Origin: an uncultured Mycobacteriaceae bacterium
GTDB taxonomy: Bacteria; Actinomycetota; Actinomycetes; Mycobacteriales; Mycobacteriaceae
Direction: 5' to 3'
Length of the DNA stretch: 64,000 nucleotides
NCBI GenBank assembly: GCA_902826815.1
Contig: CADEGF010000020.1
Location: 34,969-98,968 of the forward strand
Under the pieces are notes generated by a model that was given only the letters and a program-made list of their open reading frames with translations, was not told where the DNA came from and searched no databases. Positions 59,806 through 64,000 of the stretch are shown in pieces. How positions within the stretch are numbered: the stretch's first letter is position 1; each line of letters opens with the position of its first letter. The translations under genes were made by a program, and so were the position numbers.

Positions 59806-61158
59806 ATGGGCATCGAATTCGAGAGCGTCGTCGACCACCCGTTGGCCGAGGTGTTCGCGTGGCATACCAGGCCCGGTGCGATGTCCCGGCTGGTTCCGCC
59901 GTGGCAGCCGATGACAGTGGTCGCCGAAAGCGAGTCGCTCGCCGACGGCAGGGCGGTGCTCGGCCTGCCCGGTGGGCTGCGCTGGATCGCCCAACACGAT
60001 CGGGACGGCTTCGACCCGCCGCACCGGTTCGTCGACGTGCTGTCCTCGGCAGGGCCGCGGTCTGTGCCTGCCCGCGCCATCGGCTGGTGGCGGCACACCC
60101 ATGAGTTCTCCGAGGCACCCGGCGGCGCCACCCTGGTGCGCGACGAGGTCGACACCACCGTGCCGGGCGTGGCCCTTCGGCCGACGTTCGTCTACCGACA
60201 TCGCCAGCTCGCCGACGACCTCGCCGCCCATCGCGATGCGACCGACGCAGGCGCCGAGCCGATGGTCATCGCCGTCACCGGTGCGTCCGGTCTTGTCGGA
60301 TCCGCGCTCACGGCGTTCCTGACCACGGGCGGACATCGGGTGATCCGGCTGGTCCGACGGCCCGCACGGGCCAAGGACGAGCGGCAGTGGCGGCCCGACG
60401 CCCCGGCGCCGGATCTGCTGTCGGGGGTCGACGCCGTGGTCCATCTGGCAGGCGCCTCGATCGCGGGCCGTTTCACCGAGAAGCACAAGGCCGCGATTCG
60501 CGACACCCGTATCGAGCCGACACGCAACCTGGCGCGGGCCGCGGCCGACTGTGACGACGGCCCCGCGGTGTTCGTCAGCGCATCGGCGGTCGGCATCTAC
60601 GGGCCCGACCGCGGCGACGCGCTGCTCTGTGAGGAAAGCGTTCGCGGCGGCGGATTCCTCGCAGACGTGGTCGCCGACTGGGAGGCCGCGACCCGTCCAG
60701 CGGCCGAAGCCGGGCTGCGGGTGGTATCGGTCCGCACTGGTGTCGTGCAGGCCGCGGCGGGCGGAACGCTGCGGTTGCTGAGGCCGTTGTTCCTCGCAGG
60801 CCTCGGCGGCAGGTTGGGCAGCGGGCGACAGTGGCTGTCCTGGATCAGCCTCGACGACCTGCTCGACGTCTACTACCGCGCGCTCTATGACGCCCGGCTG
60901 ACCGGACCCGTCAACGCGGTCGGGCCGACGCCGGTACGAAACAGCGAATACACCAAGGCGCTCGCTGGTGTGCTGCACCGGCCATCGCTTGTGCCGGTGC
61001 CGTCCTTCGGGCCGCGGCTGCTATTGGGCGGTCAGGGCGCCCGTGAGCTCGCCGAGGCCGATCAGCGGGTGGTGCCGACGAAGCTGACCGATCTCGGCCA
61101 CAGGTTCAGGCACGCAACCGTTTCGCACGCGTTGGCCCATCAGCTGGGGCACGGCTGA
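59806..61158 (+). CDS. TIGR01777-type NAD-dependent epimerase with N-terminal SRPBCC-like domain
   Basis: VTGASGLVG Rossmann motif, VHLAGASIA, GSGRQWLSWISLDD, VNAVGP. Confidence 0.88.
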   Translation: MGIEFESVVDHPLAEVFAWHTRPGAMSRLVPPWQPMTVVAESESLADGRAVLGLPGGLRWIAQHDRDGFDPPHRFVDVLSSAGPRSVPARAIGWWRHTHEFSEAPGGATLVRDEVDTTVPGVALRPTFVYRHRQLADDLAAHRDATDAGAEPMVIAVTGASGLVGSALTAFLTTGGHRVIRLVRRPARAKDERQWRPDAPAPDLLSGVDAVVHLAGASIAGRFTEKHKAAIRDTRIEPTRNLARAAADCDDGPAVFVSASAVGIYGPDRGDALLCEESVRGGGFLADVVADWEAATRPAAEAGLRVVSVRTGVVQAAAGGTLRLLRPLFLAGLGGRLGSGRQWLSWISLDDLLDVYYRALYDARLTGPVNAVGPTPVRNSEYTKALAGVLHRPSLVPVPSFGPRLLLGGQGARELAEADQRVVPTKLTDLGHRFRHATVSHALAHQLGHG

Positions 61159-61862
61159 TCGGCGAACCGCGACAGGAAACCGCGCACCAACGCCCGGATT
61201 CGCAGCGCCGCGCTGTCTTGGAGTTCCCTTGTCGCCGAGAGCAGTTCGTCGTATGTGTGACCGTTGCTCGTGATCTCCCCGTTGCGGTCGTCGGCAAACC
61301 AGCGCGCAAGCATGTCGTGATCGACCTCGGGATGAAACTGCAGGCCGACCGCCCGACCGAGAACGAACGCCTGCGATGCCATCGCCGTTCTCGCGATCTC
61401 GGTGGCGCCAGGCGGAAGTGTCCAGGCGTCGAAGTGCCACGCGAACCACCGGCCGCCGGGTATCAGGCTCTCGTCATCGCTTGCCACCTCGCACCAGCCG
61501 ATCTCCGGCGTCGCCAATGCAGAAACCGCACCACCGAACGCCTGCGCAAGCAGTTGACCGCCGAGGCACACGCCCAATGTCGGCACGCCGGCGTCGGCGG
61601 CATCGCGCAGCATCTGCATCTCCGCGCCTACCCAGGTGCGCTGCAGCGCCTCGTCGTAGACCGGCCATCGCGCGCCGAGAGGCACGATGACGTCGTAGCG
61701 GCTCGGGTCGGGAAACTCCACGTCAAGCACGGGGTCGTCGACCCGTTCGGCGGGCACCACCCCGAAGGTGGCGACGTCGTAGCCGCACTCGGTGAACGCC
61801 TCGCCAAGTAGACCCTCGGTTGCGAGGTGCTCGTTGTGGATGAACAACACTTGCGGTGCCAT
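61140..61862 (-). CDS. Class I glutamine amidotransferase domain protein
   Basis: GVCLGGQ nucleophile elbow and QFHPE catalytic His-Glu. Confidence 0.88.
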   Translation of the reverse strand: MAPQVLFIHNEHLATEGLLGEAFTECGYDVATFGVVPAERVDDPVLDVEFPDPSRYDVIVPLGARWPVYDEALQRTWVGAEMQMLRDAADAGVPTLGVCLGGQLLAQAFGGAVSALATPEIGWCEVASDDESLIPGGRWFAWHFDAWTLPPGATEIARTAMASQAFVLGRAVGLQFHPEVDHDMLARWFADDRNGEITSNGHTYDELLSATRELQDSAALRIRALVRGFLSRFADQPCPS

Positions 61863-61871
61863 GGTGAGAGA

Positions 61872-63104
61872 TTATTTCGGAGGCGTCGGCGGCGCGTCGT
61901 CAGGGGCGAGTTCGTTGGCGATGCGCCTGAACAGGGTGTCGGCTTCGTTGCGGTAATTGCCCTGGTCGTCGAACGCTTCGGGTTGGTAGGTGACGGCGAG
62001 GGCCAACGAAATCTTCTTGGCAGGAAGGTAGGCCATCACCCCGGCCTCGCCTGCGAACAGCGGGTTCTGTAGCAGCCAGTTGCCGGAGATCACGATCCCC
62101 ATGCCGTATGTGTAGCCGTCGTTCATCTCCATACAGGTGGTGCAGCCGGGAAGCGCACTGGTCTTACCGCGCAGGTCGGTCGAGGAGAACTTCTCGTATG
62201 AGTCCTTCGACAGCAACTTGCCGGAGCCGAGGCCAGAAGCGCTGGCTTCCATGTCGTAGATATTCGTCGTCTGGATGGCGCCTTGGGTGATCGTCCACGA
62301 CGGGTTCCAGTAGGTGGATTCCTCGTAAAACGGTGTGTCTGCAGGTACTTTGAGCGCCTGCCTGCGTTCGCTGGTGAACGCGTGCAGCACCGGCGCCGGG
62401 ATCTGCGGGGTAAACGAGTTGGCGGTGTTGGTCAGCCCGAGCGGCCGTAGCACCTTGTCCTCCAACAGCTCTGGCATTCGCTGTCCGGTCGCGTTCTCGA
62501 GTGCCTTGCCCAGCAGCACGTAGTTGGTGTGCGCGTAGTTCCAGTTCGTACCCGGCTCATACAGAAGTGGCTTGCTCGTCGCGAACCCGAGGAGCTGGTC
62601 GGGTTCCCACTGACGGAACGGGTCTTTGTACAGCGCCTCTTCGAACTCGGTATTGCCGATGACGTAATCGACGTAGCCGGAGGTCATTTGGCCAAGCTGC
62701 CCGAGAGTGACCCTGTCCGCATTCGGCACATCCGGCAGCCACTTCGACAGTTTGTCGTCAAGGCTCACCTTCTTCTCGTCGACCAGGATCAGCAGCAGTG
62801 TCGAGACATAGGAGATCGCGACCGCGCCGTTGCGAAAGTGCATGTTCGTCGTCGCGGGCACATTGGTCATCGAGTCGCCGACCGCCCGGGTGACGATCTC
62901 CTTGCCGTCGACGGTGACCCGGACGATGACCGCCTTGAGGTGCGCCTCGGCCATCGTGTCGCGCACGATCGTCATCACCGCATCGGCCTTGGCGGGGTCA
63001 GCCGGCGGCGCGGGCGATTCCTCAGAATGCGGAGCGGTCGGCACGCAGCCTGCGAGCATGACGAGCGCGCAGGTCAGACCGAGGATGCGACGGGTGGGGA
63101 GCAT
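61872..63104 (-). CDS. lpqK: Beta-lactamase/serine-hydrolase-fold lipoprotein, LpqK-like, lacking canonical catalytic motifs
   Basis: Lipobox LAGC; FRNGAVAISY in place of SxxK; YAH in place of YxN; lpqK assignment is from recall; start may be 63119. Confidence 0.75.
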   Translation of the reverse strand: MLPTRRILGLTCALVMLAGCVPTAPHSEESPAPPADPAKADAVMTIVRDTMAEAHLKAVIVRVTVDGKEIVTRAVGDSMTNVPATTNMHFRNGAVAISYVSTLLLILVDEKKVSLDDKLSKWLPDVPNADRVTLGQLGQMTSGYVDYVIGNTEFEEALYKDPFRQWEPDQLLGFATSKPLLYEPGTNWNYAHTNYVLLGKALENATGQRMPELLEDKVLRPLGLTNTANSFTPQIPAPVLHAFTSERRQALKVPADTPFYEESTYWNPSWTITQGAIQTTNIYDMEASASGLGSGKLLSKDSYEKFSSTDLRGKTSALPGCTTCMEMNDGYTYGMGIVISGNWLLQNPLFAGEAGVMAYLPAKKISLALAVTYQPEAFDDQGNYRNEADTLFRRIANELAPDDAPPTPPK

Positions 63105-63161
63105 GTCCGATCTTGGCACGCGGGGAGTTTGGAGTTGATCGCCTTCGGCTATTCGAGACGC

Positions 63162-64000
63162 GTGTCGGAGCTCGCGGACTGGTTTCTAACCGCCGAGGAG
63201 CGCGGCAATCCGGCCTCTGCGATTGCGTCATGGTGCGCGGGCAGTCGCGCAGAGCCGCTGATCCACGGCGCGACCTACTTCGACCAGTTGGTCAATGAGG
63301 TCGAAGCTCTCGGCGACGGTGACTATGTCTTCTTCACCGACTGGCGCGGTGATCCCGACCAGAAGATGCGCGAGGACGGGCCGACCGTCAGAGAGCTGTT
63401 ATGCGAGGCGGCCGGGCGTGGCGTCGTCGTCAAGGGTCTGGTGTGGCGCTCGCATCTGGACAAGTTCGCCTACAGCGAGGAGGAGAACCAGCATCTCGGT
63501 GAGGCGATCGAGCGTGCGGGTGGTGAGGTGCTGCTCGATCAACGCGTCCGGTTCGGCGGATCGCATCACCAGAAGCTGGTGGTGATCCGGCACCGCGACC
63601 AACCCGAACGCGACGTCGCATTCGCCGGCGGAATCGATCTGTGTCACTCCCGCCGCGACGACGCGGAGCACCACGGAGACCGGCAGGCCCAGCAGATGTC
63701 CAAGGAGTACGGGAAGCACCCGCCGTGGCATGACGTCCAGCTCCGCCTCCAGGGCCCGGTGGTCGGAGCCCTGGACACCACCTTCCGGGAACGGTGGGAC
63801 GACCCGGCACCACTCGACATGCTTTCGCCGATCGCGTGGATCAAGGACAAGATTCGCGGTGCGGACCTCAAGCCGGACCCGCTGCCTGAACAACCCGCCG
63901 ATCCGCGGCCGTGCGGACCGCACTCCGTGCAGGTGCTTCGCACCTATCCCGACGCACACTTCGAATACGACTTCGCCCCGCACGGCGAGCGCAGCATCGC
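63162..64000 (+). CDS. Phospholipase D-family protein, truncated by the window end
   Basis: Read by hand (absent from ORF track): MSELADWFLTAEERGNP...SHHQKLVVIR...AFAGGIDL...PWHDVQ, first HKD-type motif. Confidence 0.85.
   Translation, partial: MSELADWFLTAEERGNPASAIASWCAGSRAEPLIHGATYFDQLVNEVEALGDGDYVFFTDWRGDPDQKMREDGPTVRELLCEAAGRGVVVKGLVWRSHLDKFAYSEEENQHLGEAIERAGGEVLLDQRVRFGGSHHQKLVVIRHRDQPERDVAFAGGIDLCHSRRDDAEHHGDRQAQQMSKEYGKHPPWHDVQLRLQGPVVGALDTTFRERWDDPAPLDMLSPIAWIKDKIRGADLKPDPLPEQPADPRPCGPHSVQVLRTYPDAHFEYDFAPHGERSI

Overview
High-GC mycobacterial chromosome, probably a fast-growing Mycolicibacterium-like species. It is largely syntenic with the M. tuberculosis Rv2208-Rv2143 region; Rv numbers are orthology calls from recalled sequence and synteny, not database searches. 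In order: cobalamin nucleotide-loop genes (cobS/cobT/cobU), A-type Fe-S carrier, adoK, asnB, the cytochrome bcc-aa3 respiratory locus (ctaC, ctaF, qcrBAC, ctaE), trpD, a DEDD/GIY-YIG nuclease, the ripC-peptidase-pimB' operon, fadD15, a SRPBCC-SRPBCC-ArsA/Get3-PlsC lipid cluster, mannosyltransferases, RNase AS, aroG, pknL, idsA2, lppM, the full dcw cluster (mraZ to wag31) and a more variable tail (PRTase, TIGR01777 epimerase, GATase, LpqK-like lipoprotein, truncated PLD). No IS element, prophage, CRISPR, tRNA or rRNA was seen. Best unexplained signals: (1) two back-to-back PafBC/RecA-NDp-type DNA-damage promoters, one driving the nuclease and one driving a 74-aa CxxC/CxxC protein upstream of the wall hydrolase ripC; (2) an ArsA/Get3 ATPase whose Walker A motif can only be translated from a non-canonical start; (3) two related secreted proteins inserted at separate sites; (4) a beta-lactamase-fold lipoprotein lacking SxxK; (5) a Cys-x6-Cys insertion in QcrB.
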